64,000 nt of DNA from Camelus dromedarius (GCF_036321535.1 NC_087437.1:96474001-96538000), one strand, 5' to 3'. Counted from the stretch's first letter, positions 37,221 through 50,330 are shown. Numbers and translations: made by a program. Notes: generated from the sequence alone by a model not told the origin.

Positions 37221-38519
37221 AGGATCATGGATAACCTGGCCAAGATGGGTACTGAAATACTCGAAATTCTTAGCTTGACTTTTCAAATGGTCTGCTCCTC
37301 TGAGGAAAATGAGTATAATTTCTCAACTTCTAAAGTTAAGAAAATTGAGGAAGACCATGTGATTAAATAAAAAGTAACAGAATTAAAAAAAAAAAAAAGT
37401 AACAGACTTAAACTTCCATAGCAGCCATGTTCACCCCAACTCACAAAATTACTTAGTATATTTTCTAATTATTTTGGTTATTACTTAAACCAACATTATT
37501 TCTGCTTCTACTTGTAGGGTTGACCTAAAATTTCCAGCTATGCTTTCACTTGAAATCCATATAAGTGGATATGAATCCACCTTTCTAATCTCCTATAAAT
37601 ATTTTCCATGGTACATTGGCCTCCCTCTAATGTGCTGGCACATTATTTGAAACTCACAGAATGTGGCTCATCAATAGGTTACAAAACCAATATCTTTAGT
37701 CATGAATTTCCTGTCTAGCAGAGTTCAATACATGTTACTTTGTTCCACTCACACAATTTGAGTCCACTCAAGGCATTTTAGCTGAAGAAATGTTTAAATA
37801 ATATTATAACAAAACATTTTATTTATGGGATAGATTCAAATAAAAATATCTGACATATTATTATCAAAATATTTTTAAGGCTTTGTTTCTTATTACACAT
37901 TATTTTTCCTCAATTGTATCTTAACCCATAATATAATCTGAAAATACAAGTAACAACTTCAGTTACACTGTGATCTCTCACCTCTTAAGTGGCAAGTAGA
38001 AAATCATAAAAGCCTTGAATTCTGTCCAAATAATCAGATTAGTTAGGTCCTATGCTAAGATAATGTTGCTGAAAACACAAATCTGACCTTTTTTTTTAAT
38101 CAAGTGTTTTTCACTGTTTACGTAGACTACATTGCCCTTTATTTTTACTGTGAGTTTACACTGTCTAACAAGTAACACTTTTTATTTCTTCTAGTCAATG
38201 TACAGTGATTTCCTATGATTTCTAGCAATGATTTCTTTTGAAATACTGTTCTATTGCCCTACTCAGGTCCAAAATGCATGCCCATTTTCATGGTCTCTAC
38301 ATTTGACCACAACAGCTTGCCAATTAAATCTTGCCAGGTTGCATCATCTCAGCATTCAAAAGTGCTTCAAAAGTCCCACCTGTTCTGTGAAGCTCTTCAG
38401 CAATAAAGATTTTCAGAGGGCTGTTTGTTGCTTTGTCATAACCTTTGGGCTACATCCTGTTTGCTGAAAAGGCAATCTTTTCCCTGATATGGCTTGCTTA
38501 GGGCCCAGTCTGCATTGTG

Positions 38520-39140
38520 CACTATGTGTATTTAAATAATAAAACAGAAACTGGTGATCACAGGGACCCTCATTTCAGATTATCAAGTGTAAATTAGCCA
38601 AGTGTTTTGATAGCTCTTAATTATTGACAACAGATAGTCTCATGGAAGAGTCTGCATAAGCCACATATCTAGGTAATATGAAACCTCGCTGCACTCGTTG
38701 GCAATTATATCTCTGCTGAGATAGGGGGAGGGGAGAGGGACCAGCAGGTGTCCACCAAGAAGAACAGAATTTGTGGATTAGCAAAAAAGGGAGAGCTAAT
38801 GAGGCTGTATTCTAGGAGGGCTTTCATTAGCAGTGCTGTTTTAGCGCATAACTCGGAGACCATTTTCAAAAAGGATCTAAACATTGCCTGAGAAAACCAC
38901 CGGCGCACAATGTAAATTACTGAGGCAAGCAGGCTGGCTTCCTCAGACAGCGCCAGGGTTTGTTCGTTTTGGTGTTCCTGGTGAGCCTTGGTTTCACCCA
39001 CTGCTGTTAGCAAAAGGTTGTCTTGGGCCTAGTTTATTCCTCTTCTTTCTCCATCAATATTTTCCACAAATAAAGCAGTTCACAAAGCCAATTGATCAAT
39101 TATTGAAGCTTTTTGTACAAACTTTTTGTACTAATCCTTA
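38520..39140. promoter_or_regulatory. Putative conserved non-coding element or enhancer
   Basis: Repeat-free block with several CpGs, SOX-like CACAATG, homeobox cores and the palindrome AATTGATCAATT (39090-39101). Confidence 0.35.
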
Positions 39141-39417
39141 AATCTCCCACCATCTTTAAGCTAAATAAGATACGAGATGTCAAGATGTTATGCCAAAGAA
39201 AATAGGGATCTTTTTAATTTATTGTTTTCACACACAGGTACATATATACACTTATAAAAAGCACACTAAGGATTTTTACTCCCACAACCTCTTCTATATT
39301 CCATGATCTTGATGTTATCCTCATCATGCACATAAGGAAGATTAAATAATTTTCCCAAATTTCATAATTTGTAATTGATACAGACTTATTTTTAGTACGA
39401 AGATGCATTACATTCTT

Positions 39418-39623
39418 TTTTTTTAACATTTTTTATTGATTTATAATCATTTTACAATGTTGTGTCAAATTCCAGTGTTCAGCACAATTTTTCAGTTATT
39501 CATGGACATATACACACTCATTGTCACATTTTTTTCTCTGTGAGTTATCATAACATTTTATGTATATTTCCCTGTGCTATACAGTGTAGTCTATTCTACA
39601 ATTTTGAAATCCCGGGATTTCAA
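39418..39623 (-). mobile_element. Young camelid-type L1 3' tip (about 200 bp) with TSD and 5' fold-back
   Basis: Reverse complement of about 32894-33090. TSD ACATTCTT at 39410-39417 and 39624-39631. Palindrome at 39603-39624. Confidence 0.96.
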
Positions 39624-40500
39624 ACATTCTTAAACATTATAAAATATAAAAACAATAATAACATTTAAATATTGGCTTTTTAAATATTTCTAGGATAAAA
39701 TAGAAAGTACTTTAGATTTGTCTTTTGCTGTCATCTGTACTATTTTGATCTATTAATCCCATTTCTGCTAGTAAAATTAAAACAAGAGGATCACTGGCAC
39801 CTAAAGAGAAATTATCTAAAGACAAACAAAATTTTGATCAATTGTTGACAATCAGGTGGCTTCCCTGGGTTAATGAGTTTATAGACAACATTAGCTGTCA
39901 GATTTAGAGCTTCAATAATTGATCATGTTGGAATCAAAGATATTTTTGATGTGATAATTGAAACACATGCTCAAGGCTGACAACAAAGCTGGTGTACAAC
40001 TTGCAGTAAATGTTCAACCTCCAGACAGAAGCACGATTGGTCAGTTTTATGAATGCAACTACATGTGAAGAAGGAACTGGAAAACTTCCATTCTCATACA
40101 CCCATAGAATTCCCATTGCCAAGACTGTTCTCTTGGTGCTTTCTACACAATAAATTAAAATATATTTTTCCAGATGAAAATTACATTGATGGTTGGGATT
40201 TGTTTAAAAACAGAATGTCTTCTTTCACCACGAACGCAAAAGAATCTTAAATGAAATTTAGTTCCTATTCCTGCTAATGTTTTTTATCCTGTGATGTCCA
40301 TAAAATAGCCTTGCTCTCCATATTTATGGGGTTTCTGAATTGCTATAATAAGAGTTTGGGTAGTAACCGTGTTCTCCCAGACTGTTTGGTTCCTGAGTTC
40401 AGAAACTAAGTTTAGCTGCCATCCACATCTTGTACTGTTCAGCACTTCAGAGGTTAACTTTCCTCAGCTCAGGGAGCCTGTCCCTGAAATTGACTTGCAA

Positions 40501-40516
40501 CCACAAGGTGGCAGTA
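40501..40516 (+). promoter_or_regulatory. CTCF-like binding motif
   Basis: CCACAAGGTGGCAGTA matches the core consensus CCASYAGRKGGCRSYR at all positions but the fifth. Binding not shown. Confidence 0.5.
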
Positions 40517-41049
40517 GAGATTTGTGGTCACATGGTTAGGAACTCCAAAGACTGGAGCTTAAATGTATTTATTGTCGATACTACATCTGCTTGTTAGTTG
40601 AACAGTTTTCAAAACATGGACCACTTTACACTAGGCCTGTGTTATTAATTCTTACAAATGTTCACTTTGCCACACTTTTATTTAAACTTACAGGTGCCCT
40701 CAAGAAAGTTTTTTCTCTACTTTCAGACTCATTTCAGTCAACTGAATTTGACTTCAAAACATCCAAAAAGATCTTGGCTCCCTAAATTCATATTTCACTG
40801 GGTTATATGTTTCTACATTTTTTTTTTTAAATAAAAAAAATTCAGTCTCCTCAGTGTTAATCTCAATCCTACCTCCCCAGATATTTGGGATCTTAATGAG
40901 GAGACTCACCTTCTCCAGTTTTTCCTTCAAAAGTATGGTTTAAACTTTGGATTTCAGTATATTTTTCTCTCTAAGAAAAGATATATATTAGCCTGCCTCT
41001 ATGATGCACAAAACTGGCAACTGAACTTCAACGAATAGGTCATTAAACC

Positions 41050-41170
41050 TTGGGTCAGAGAACCGTGGTGGTTGGTCCTTTCTCTTATTCTGCCACTTTT
41101 CTGCTGGGTGGCTTTGAGCAAGACATTTAACCCCTTTGACCCTCAGTTTCCTCTTCTGTCAAATGGTAAT
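41050..41170 (+). mobile_element. MIR SINE fragment
   Basis: TCTGCCACTTTTCTGCTGGGTGGCTTTGAGCAAG...CCTCAGTTTCCTCTTCTGTCAAATGG. Confidence 0.75.
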
Positions 41171-43654
41171 GCTGGTTCAATAAGGAAATAAAGGTTAAAT
41201 AAAAGTAACTGAAATAAATGCCTAGAACAGAGAAGGCCTATAGCAAATGCTATGATAGAAGTGCTTTAATTTCTCACTCTAATTTGACAAAAAAAAAAAA
41301 AAAAGAATAAAAACACCTTGTAATAAAACCAAACTTTAAAATGTGGAGCAATTCTTCCCAATTTTCTAACAGTTCTGAAAGGTATTCAACTTCAGCATTA
41401 CATTAGACTATAAGTAAGGATCTTTGATAGTTTTGTTTTTAGATTTTAAATTCTCAGCTTAGAGAAATGAACCAAAATCATCATTCTCTCAAAAAGCCAA
41501 AAACAGAAATGTTTTCATTACTTACTACGTTGTAAAGCTACTTCTAAGGTTTAGTCCTCTTTCTGCTTCCTGGGAAAAAGCAACCACATTAGACAAATTA
41601 AGTTTTTTATTTATCTAATTAAAATGCAAATATGTTGACCCAATATAGCCAACACTATTCACTAGATAGCTGTAAATGATGTCTTTAAAGAAAAAAAGTA
41701 GCAATAGATCTTGCCTTCTCAAACAAAATCAAAAGTAATTACTTAGCTAAATTCTCCTCAAATTTAGTAATTAAGCTAAATATAAAAACAGAATATAAAA
41801 AGAAAATATTAGGCCCAATATGAGTCCTTTTTATTATTTTGAACACTATATTTCAAATACTATAATTAGGACTTTTGTTTAATGTCAGTTTTTATATTCA
41901 TGGCTCTAGGTTATTTCCTCACCAGGATTTTTAGTTTACCGTATCCAGAGCTTAGAATCCACATCTGTGTCTATGAAAGCCACAATCTTCTAATGGAAAT
42001 AACCCAAACATTTAGAATAGAAAAATGTCATTGTCCCAGTGGTGACATATGTTGTCATTTCTTATTGACAAAAAAGAGAAAAAAATATTTGATCTTTCAT
42101 CATTTTAAACTCATTTAGGCCCATTGATCACACGGTACAACTTTTATTGCCTTACTAGATTTTAATTTTTTTCTACCCTAGAGAAAACTTTGTTTCATAT
42201 AAGGACACATATTTCATAACAGCTTGGTAATACTAGATTTAATTTTAAAAAGACAAAATTTAAGAAGATTTCTTTTGGAATAGAACTATGCAATGAATAT
42301 TAAACTTATTTCTGCAGTTTATAGTGCAAAGCTCTTTATGTAAATTACTTCTAGAGAAACTATATTCCCCACTTGATTTAATTTTAAATACCCCTTCCAT
42401 ACAAGTATTTTTAAATACTTGACTCAATCTGTAGAAATGTTTCTTTGGCTTGAATGAACTTTTACTGTTAATTTCTAAATTCACCTTTCAAAATAGCCTC
42501 CCAGTAATGACAATTATCATTCTAATATTCTCATTAAAGTCAAAATTTTAGTGTTGAAATTGTGTACTTCAGAGGCAGTCCCCTTTTTGCAGAATCAAAC
42601 AGAAACATCTGTTGGCCATCTGGAGAAACACAGAGATATGGCAGCTGAGGACTCCTATACTGGGCTTCTCAAAAATTTGTTTGCAACACTTTCTAGGTCT
42701 CTTTAACTTAGATTTTAAAATGTTCCACACACATCTGTAATGCCAACTTCAGTGAACCCTACATTTTTTAAAGCAACATAAACTGAAGGTTAATACAACT
42801 AGTCATATAAATTAATTTAATGCTGCTTTGTCAAATAGAGTAATTCACCTTTTCTAAACAGGTGACCGGTTATAGAATTAATTTACCAAAACTTTTTGTT
42901 TTATTCCTAATTTAAAAACAAGATGTGAAATGTTTCTTCTTTGAAAAACATCAAATGCCATTTAAAATGAGTGAAGTGATTTATGAATAAGTCATGCATA
43001 CATTTGTCACTGTGAGTCACTGTATTAAGCACCAGGTTTTGTTTTTAAGGAAAGAGTGGCCTCTCCCTACTTATGAATCACAGCTGCAAAAAAAACCCCA
43101 ACACTAAAAGGCATTACCAGTGGTTGGTGGCAATTAATATACAATCCAGGTGTATCACAAAGTAAGTAAGAAGACTGCAAAGTGGACATCAAAGAGAGTG
43201 CTCTTCCAGTCATTTAACACTTTAATGCTGGATTTTGAAAGAAAAGGCTTGTGTCTGCCTCAGCTGCTATTTTATTTGCATGGTTCAGTCATAGTGCACA
43301 AAGACTGTATATACTTTGACTGATTTGACTAATCTACTTTTAAAGAAGGATTAAAACAATGCTTAAACCTAAAAAGTAAAACCAGCCATCTGCTAAGGTT
43401 ATGACAGATTTTATCTTGATACACACCACGTTTAGGCATATGGTACCCAGCTCCACCTTGCCTCCTTGCCTCCAGCCTGAGGTGTAAGGGGAGACCAGAG
43501 ATTGAAAGCGAAAGGGAGAAGGCATTTCTACCTGTTGAATGATAGACAGAATGGGAGGAGGCTGAACATCTATTGAAATCCCAATAGGAGACAGCCCAGT
43601 CTAGGCATTTTTGACAATTACCAGATTCAAAGTAATCTTCCAAGGTAGTCTGAG

Positions 43655-43790
43655 GGTCTCCATTTTACAGATGAGGAGACTTAAAATGACCCAAGCTATT
43701 AAATAACTTGATCAAGAGTACACAGTAAATCAATCAAAGGCTAAGAGAGAACTCATTTCTAGGTCTTTCAAGATCTGAAATTAATATGCT
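43655..43790 (-). mobile_element. MIR SINE fragment
   Basis: CCATTTTACAGATGAGGAGACT core. Confidence 0.65.
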
Positions 43791-44093
43791 ACTTCGAATT
43801 ATAGTGATTTGAAAGCAGGCTAGTTCTTTTACTTACATTTTTTATATAATAGCAATATTTTAGGGCTATAATCTGGCTTCTTGCATGTAGAATATTAGTA
43901 TGCTATGATATAACAAAGTTTTTCTGTGTTTATATAGAAAAAACTTACTCGGAATGCTTCCTTAGAAGCATGGTTCCTCAAGTAAAACTTACACATGAAA
44001 AATCAGGGAAAAAAAACCACCACTAAATCAAAAATTATGAAACTTTCCAGCCAGCTGTTAGTTTTCTGTGGTTATGGAGCTGAGTCCTGGATG

Positions 44094-44130
44094 TCATCAT
44101 CATCATCATCACCATCAGCAGCAGCAACAT
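44094..44130. repeat. (CAT)n(CAG)n compound trinucleotide repeat
   Basis: Directly visible. Confidence 0.85.
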
Positions 44131-47100
44131 CACATATAGTAGCTATCCTCAAATTTGATCAGTATAAATGAAGCATTCTCTTTGACTCCTAATATTAAAA
44201 ATTATTTGTTTTATATTACTTAAGTGTACATATGAATTCACAAATATAAAATTAGGTTTAAGTTTCACAAGTTTATATCCTTGGGCAACTACAAAAAATT
44301 TAAGTGTAAAACTGCAACTTCTAAAATTTAGTTTAACAATCTCTTTTTAATTTGATAGATGATATTATGCAGCTGAACCTAAATATCACTTGCAATATGA
44401 ATATAAAGCTGACAGTCATTGGCCATGTGAATACCAATCACCCTTTTCTATTCAAACACCTGCGAAGGCTTTGTTCTTACAGCCTACTATGTTGTCATAC
44501 AGTCTTTGTTTTTCACTAATGTCTCACATATCTGTAAAACTTTATTTCCCTTAAAATCCAAAGGAAAAAAAAGGAACACACAACATTCACAAAGTCAGCA
44601 ACACCATGCCTTTCTGTCTGGGAAGATGATTCTATCACTCAGAATTTCTGATTATAGAGGAAATACTCTGTAAGTACCACAGTGAATCTCACTGAAGAGA
44701 CAAGAAGCCATGTATTTGTGAGAGGATAATTGAAGGGTGACAACTGGCCTCATACTAAGGATGTGAATATGAAATTACTCTCATCACTATAACAAAACTT
44801 AACTGAGCCACCACGTGCAAAGTACTCTGTTAAGCACTCAGACTAGTGCCCCTGCAAAGCAGACTAATTCTAAAATTTAACAGAAGAAAGACAGTATCCT
44901 CTACCTAAAACATAAATAGAGTCTGCTGATTTCTCCTCTAGCTCCATGACAACCTACTCTAGCCAGCTCCAGGAATAAAGACTAGACTCAAAGCTCAGAA
45001 GCTATTCTGAGCTGCTCATGGGAGAAGCATTACACAATTCCACAGCAAATATCATTAGTGATACATTTAAGTTAAATGAAGCAGCTCTAAGCTTGGAACC
45101 TATAACTGCAGTCATGGACTAAAGGCTTCAATCTGTTCAGAATGATTCCTCTCTTGGTAGATCACCAGTGAAATAAAATAAGTGCAATTGTTTACTAAGA
45201 GTGAAATATTTTAAAGCTGCTCCCTTTTTTCCTTCATTGGAATTTACCTTAAATCCTTCATTAAGTTGAATGTACACAGTTCACCCCACCCCCATTCAAC
45301 TTTCTGCATCAGTTATCAACGACCAGTTAAGCAATAAAGTGTTTAGGGAACCAGTTAATCACTCAAATCATACAGCCGATAAATCTTCCCATTTTTTGAC
45401 TGAAAAATTGTTCCCCAAAGAGACAGGCTGCGTAAAATAAGATGAAATCCAGGTATAATCAAGAGGCAGAGTCTCTCCAAGGAATAGATTTTATTTAAAT
45501 TAAGTGAATTATTTACCAAAAAAAGTGCTAAACTGCTTTCTTTACGGCTTTCAGAATATTTTAGGGACTCTATACAATATCATCCTGGAGTTCTATCAGG
45601 GAGAGAATATAAAATGCTGAATGCCAACACATCAAAAGACAGTAGATGTCTCATGATTCACGTTTCCTTGAGAATGCTAAAGTGTGCACTAACTTCGACA
45701 GGGGGCAGAGCTCATTTTGCTATCTCATATTTCATTTTATTTCTTACATGGTGGCTCAATATCTAGTGGTTAGATCTTGCCTTACTACTAAATTATCTTC
45801 CATACAACTGAGGATTGATTCAACCTATATAATTGGGACTAGACTGAGAGTAGCTAGAAAATCTCAAGGTTAAACTTTTCTACAGTGGTCTCCTCCACCC
45901 TTACTTACCCATCCGATACACACATACATACACACCAGGCTTAAAGCCAAACTCAACTCTTGATCTTAGCTCAGTGGTCTTCTGGGATTCAGGGAAGAGC
46001 TCTGGAATCTCTCTTTGTGCCCAAGAAGGCACAAACTCATTAAAAAAAAATTGGTTTAGACTTACTATTTCTTTTCCTTTTACCCAAGAGGCAGAAAACT
46101 CCAAATAATAAGGTAAGAAGAGCTGACTGGCTACAAATTCTAGACTTTTTTTACATTACATATTATTTGGCATAACAGTACTATGTTACCTGCTTTTAAG
46201 TTCACATTATTTAATTAACTTACTTCCCTATGGTAACTACTGAAAAAAATGGACTTTAACTCAGATTTAATTAGCAAAACATTAGCAGTGCTTATTCCAG
46301 TAATTACGACAGCATACTCATATAATGGTACATAATTTATTTTTATGCCTCAGACAGATCCTTCAGCTATGATTTCCAATTTTATAAATAATTCAGCAAT
46401 AGCAAGATCTTTCTGTGATATCTGGTCTTACTTAAAATTCTTTAAAGTTTTATGGTTCCATTTAAATCCTAACATATTATGATTCTATTTTAAAAAGTCA
46501 CATTGTACTAAACATCAACTTGAAAGAAAGAAGCAGTAAATGGCAGAGTTTTTCCATCACCTTGGATGAGAATCAGAAACCATACTTGTTTGCCACAGTT
46601 TCTCTGAAGTCTCCCTTGTATTCACACAGCCTCATCCTATGGAGAGTTGAGCTAAATGAGTCAGTATATTAATTATGTGCTCTGGGAGCACAAAGAAGAA
46701 ATAAAGAAGTTACTACCTTCCCAAGTTTCTCAGGTAATGAGACCCACTTCTGGAGATATGTGGTACTCCACTAGAATCTATCATGAGAATAAGCTATGCA
46801 GGAATTATTTTTTTAATGAAAATCCTCTACTGGTTTTCTGAGTCAAATCCACCTGACAAATGTCACTGGGCAATGTCATTACCAGTTAACCCCAGCACAA
46901 GGCCTTTAGAACAGATGGTATAGTGATGCCTTTTCAGAAGTCAGGTTGGCTAATTTCAGCCACTATCTCCCCACCCTCATGAAAAGGAAGTAAAATAAAA
47001 TTGGCTCCATGTCACTCAAACATGACAGTACTTTGGATTTCTCCCCCATGATGTTTTTTAGCCTTGAGGCAGATGTGACAGGCGCCTTATTAAATTCCAA

Positions 47101-47399
47101 AAATAAATGTGGAGCAAGAAGGCAGTGCATTCCAATGAGACTTCCAACTTGTTAAAATGCAACATGCGTAAAACTTGGTTCATTTTATTTTTAGCCACCA
47201 TCCTCATCATTTTAAATCAAAATGGAAATACAATATTTGTTACCATAAACTAAGTAAAATTAGTCCAAAGATCTTTCATTTTTTATAAAAATTAGCTATT
47301 CATTTGTTCACATGTACTTAGGGTGGAATCTCCCAAAATATCTCCATCAATATCCGGAAATAGACTAAGAAAAAAATATTCATGGAAGATTTCTCCTCT

Positions 47400-47805
47400 T
47401 TATATTTTAGCATCCCCCATACATCTACTAACATTTCCTTAGATAAACCCTATGATATTTATGGATCCCTGCCTTTGTGCATGCTGTACATTTTCCTATC
47501 TGTATTTTTGTCTCTCAAACTATTACAATCCTACTTAGGTCCAACAATTGGATTTTACCATCTTTTCCTGACATCCAGACTCTTCCCCTATACTATCGTA
47601 AGGAATCATTCCTCCTGCTGATTTCTTATAACATGTCTTGTTCATCTATTTAGCACTTAATTCATTTATTTATTCTGTCTCATGTGTTAATAAAATACCT
47701 CCACTAGAAACATGTATTTCTTCTAGTAGGAGCCCCCGTATAGCCTTACATAACCTACAGCATCTAGCTTGAGGCATTGTACATATCAGGGATTCAATAA
47801 ATGTT
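47400..47805 (+). mobile_element. L2 LINE 3' fragment
   Basis: Pyrimidine-rich body ending GGCATTGTACATATCAGGGATTCAATAAATGTT, typical of the L2 3' end. Confidence 0.6.
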
Positions 47806-48099
47806 AAAAAGAAAAAACTGACCAATTTTACACATCATAATGATACAATCACTATTGGTTTTTCATTGTTTTACTACCATCAGTCCAAGGAATTTGTACA
47901 CTTAATCCCAAGAAGCAATCCAATTTTGAAGTCCTAGTATATATTCTGTACTAAGAAAAACACAACAGAATTTCTGAATGTGGTCTTTATCTTCAAGGAG
48001 TTTTCGGCTGGAGTGAAGGGACCAGGCTTCGAGGAGAATTCTAGGGACACCTCTAGGACTCACACCATGTAAAAATGACAACTGGCATTTGCGTTGGGA

Positions 48100-48300
48100 T
48101 TAATAATATCTAAAGTACTTTTAATGCAATCTTTAATATTTGAACATTCCTATAAAGGAGGCAATACTAGCCCAGTGTTACAGATCAGAAGTCAGAAATT
48201 CAGAGTTTAAATCACTTGTGCAAGGCTACCTGCCTGCCAAGAAGTGACAGTACTGGGGTTCAAGCTCAAGTATGTTAAAGACAAAAACCATGTACTATGC
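48100..48300 (-). mobile_element. MIR SINE fragment
   Basis: TTACAGATCAGAAG...CACTTGTGCAAGGCTAC...GGGTTCAAGCTCAAG. Confidence 0.6.
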
Positions 48301-50149
48301 ACCTTCAAGGACTCCACAATTTCATAAAGCACAAATGCATATACCAAGGCATCTGAAGAGATGGGATTAGCAAATCTATGACACTATATCCAGAATATTC
48401 ACCCAGTTTTACCTAGGTGGTTTTCTCTTAGGAGCTAATGTCTAAGGAAGTGACCCATCATCTTCCATGTCCAGATCCAGGGAGCTCTGGCAGACCAGTG
48501 TGTTCTCACAGATACTTCTAAGAGTTTCCTGGTCCTAGGAATAATAATCATGTAGGTCTTTAATCAGTGTCAGGATATAGTTAGCAATCACAATCCAAAT
48601 GATAATTCAAAGGGACAAAATTTAGCTTATTTTATTTTTACTTCATTCTATTTCTTCTGCAAAAAAGCAAACTGATATTTTGCAATACTAAGTATTATTC
48701 ATCATGCAAGAAGCAAATTAATATTTTGCAATATGATCAAGTATAATCTGAAATTGTGGTTTCATGATTGTTATCCAAACCATTATTATTTCTGGGAAAA
48801 CAAATAAGGTTAACACAAGATCATAAAGAAGGGAGGGACTTTACTATCACTAAAATTCCTTCAGAGAGCTTCTGTTGAAACACCCTAGGTCACAAAGCAG
48901 ACTAAGACAGGTTGGAACATGCATTAGGGTTCTAATTCTCCCTTTATCTTTTACCCTATCTCTGTATCTTCCTCTGTCTTTCCTTGTTTCATTTCTTCCA
49001 TTTAATTAATTTCACACCAGGTCATACCTTGAAATATTAAGGCACGTCATAATAGGCCATATATAACCTTCTACACTGAGGACCATATACAATTTAAAGT
49101 TCCTTCCTTACATATAAAAAGAAGGCAGTATATTGATCTTTTTTTTTTCCAAAAGCAAACACATAAAGACACTATCAACCACTCTCTCCTCTGACTTAGA
49201 TGTGACTGTATATGTTAAAGATTATCTCTCGTTCCTCCTTCCTATATTTCTTCTCCCTTTTCTGTTGAAGTTCAACAAGAAAGCTGTCTTTAGAAAGAAC
49301 ATTTGCTGTTTATACCACCTTCTGGTAAACAAGTCATGTCACTGTTGTTACAATGTCATGTCTATAGCGGAGCTGGATGCAATGGAAATTCTGACACACT
49401 GGACAAATTATCTCAGTAAACTTCAAAAGAGAATATTCTGTATAACAAGAGCATGGAAGGAGTGCCTGCTTTTCCACTAAATGCCTCCCTATACCTTAGA
49501 TTTAAATTGCTATAACTGTCTATATAATTATCGTTTCAAAGATGTTAAAGAAGAATGTATTCCACTAAAAATAATAATAATAATAATTTTTGTTTGCCAA
49601 AACTTTGGTTAGAAAACTAAGCCTTAGAGAAAAGGAGCCTGGACAGGGAGGTATACTGCTATCTCTTCAGCCAAATGCCATATTTTGCCTTTTGGTTACA
49701 CTTTAAATCCTCAGATTCTATTATTTCTTCTCCTGACACAAATATAAATGTATCCAATCTCACTTGAAATGTGTGAATCTTTAACACTAACAACCCCTGC
49801 CAACTGCAATCCATAAGGCAATACATATTTCAGCACATATCTGAGTGCTCTCTTAGTATAAAAAAAGAAAATCAAAATAAGTCATTAAAAGAAAGAGCTT
49901 ATTTTCCATATGTTAGCAAAACATCTACAAAGTAGTTCACAGATTTGGGCTTGGTAAGTGTCTGTTCATTATCAAATCCACTGATAATAATAAAGAAAAG
50001 AATGTTCAAAAGTCACTGTAATAGGCAAAGCTCCTGACTTTTGCTTCCTTATGCACTTGGTATTTTAGATTCCAACCACATAAAGGAAAGACTGATACAA
50101 ATGGACGATCTTTTCTTGATACTTAGTTTGCTTCCTGGTATTGATTAAT

Positions 50150-50330
50150 CATACTGCAGTTGTGGAAAGCCCTGAATTAGAGGTCAGAAGATTGATGTTT
50201 TTATACTGGCTTAGCTACTATTTATTTCCTGTGTAAGCCTGCCACCTGACTTAACTTATCTATACCCCAATTTTCTCTATCTGTAATAACTTACCTCTAT
50301 TCTTAGGAACATCAAATGGATAATAATTAT
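50150..50330 (+). mobile_element. MIR SINE fragment
   Basis: GAGGTCAGAAGA...CTGTGTAAGCCT...ACTTAACTTATCT...TATCTGTAATAA. Confidence 0.55.

Noticed and set aside
35465..46845. Scattered AP-1 heptamers (TGA(G/C)TCA)
   Set aside because: Their frequency is compatible with chance for a 7-mer in AT-rich DNA.
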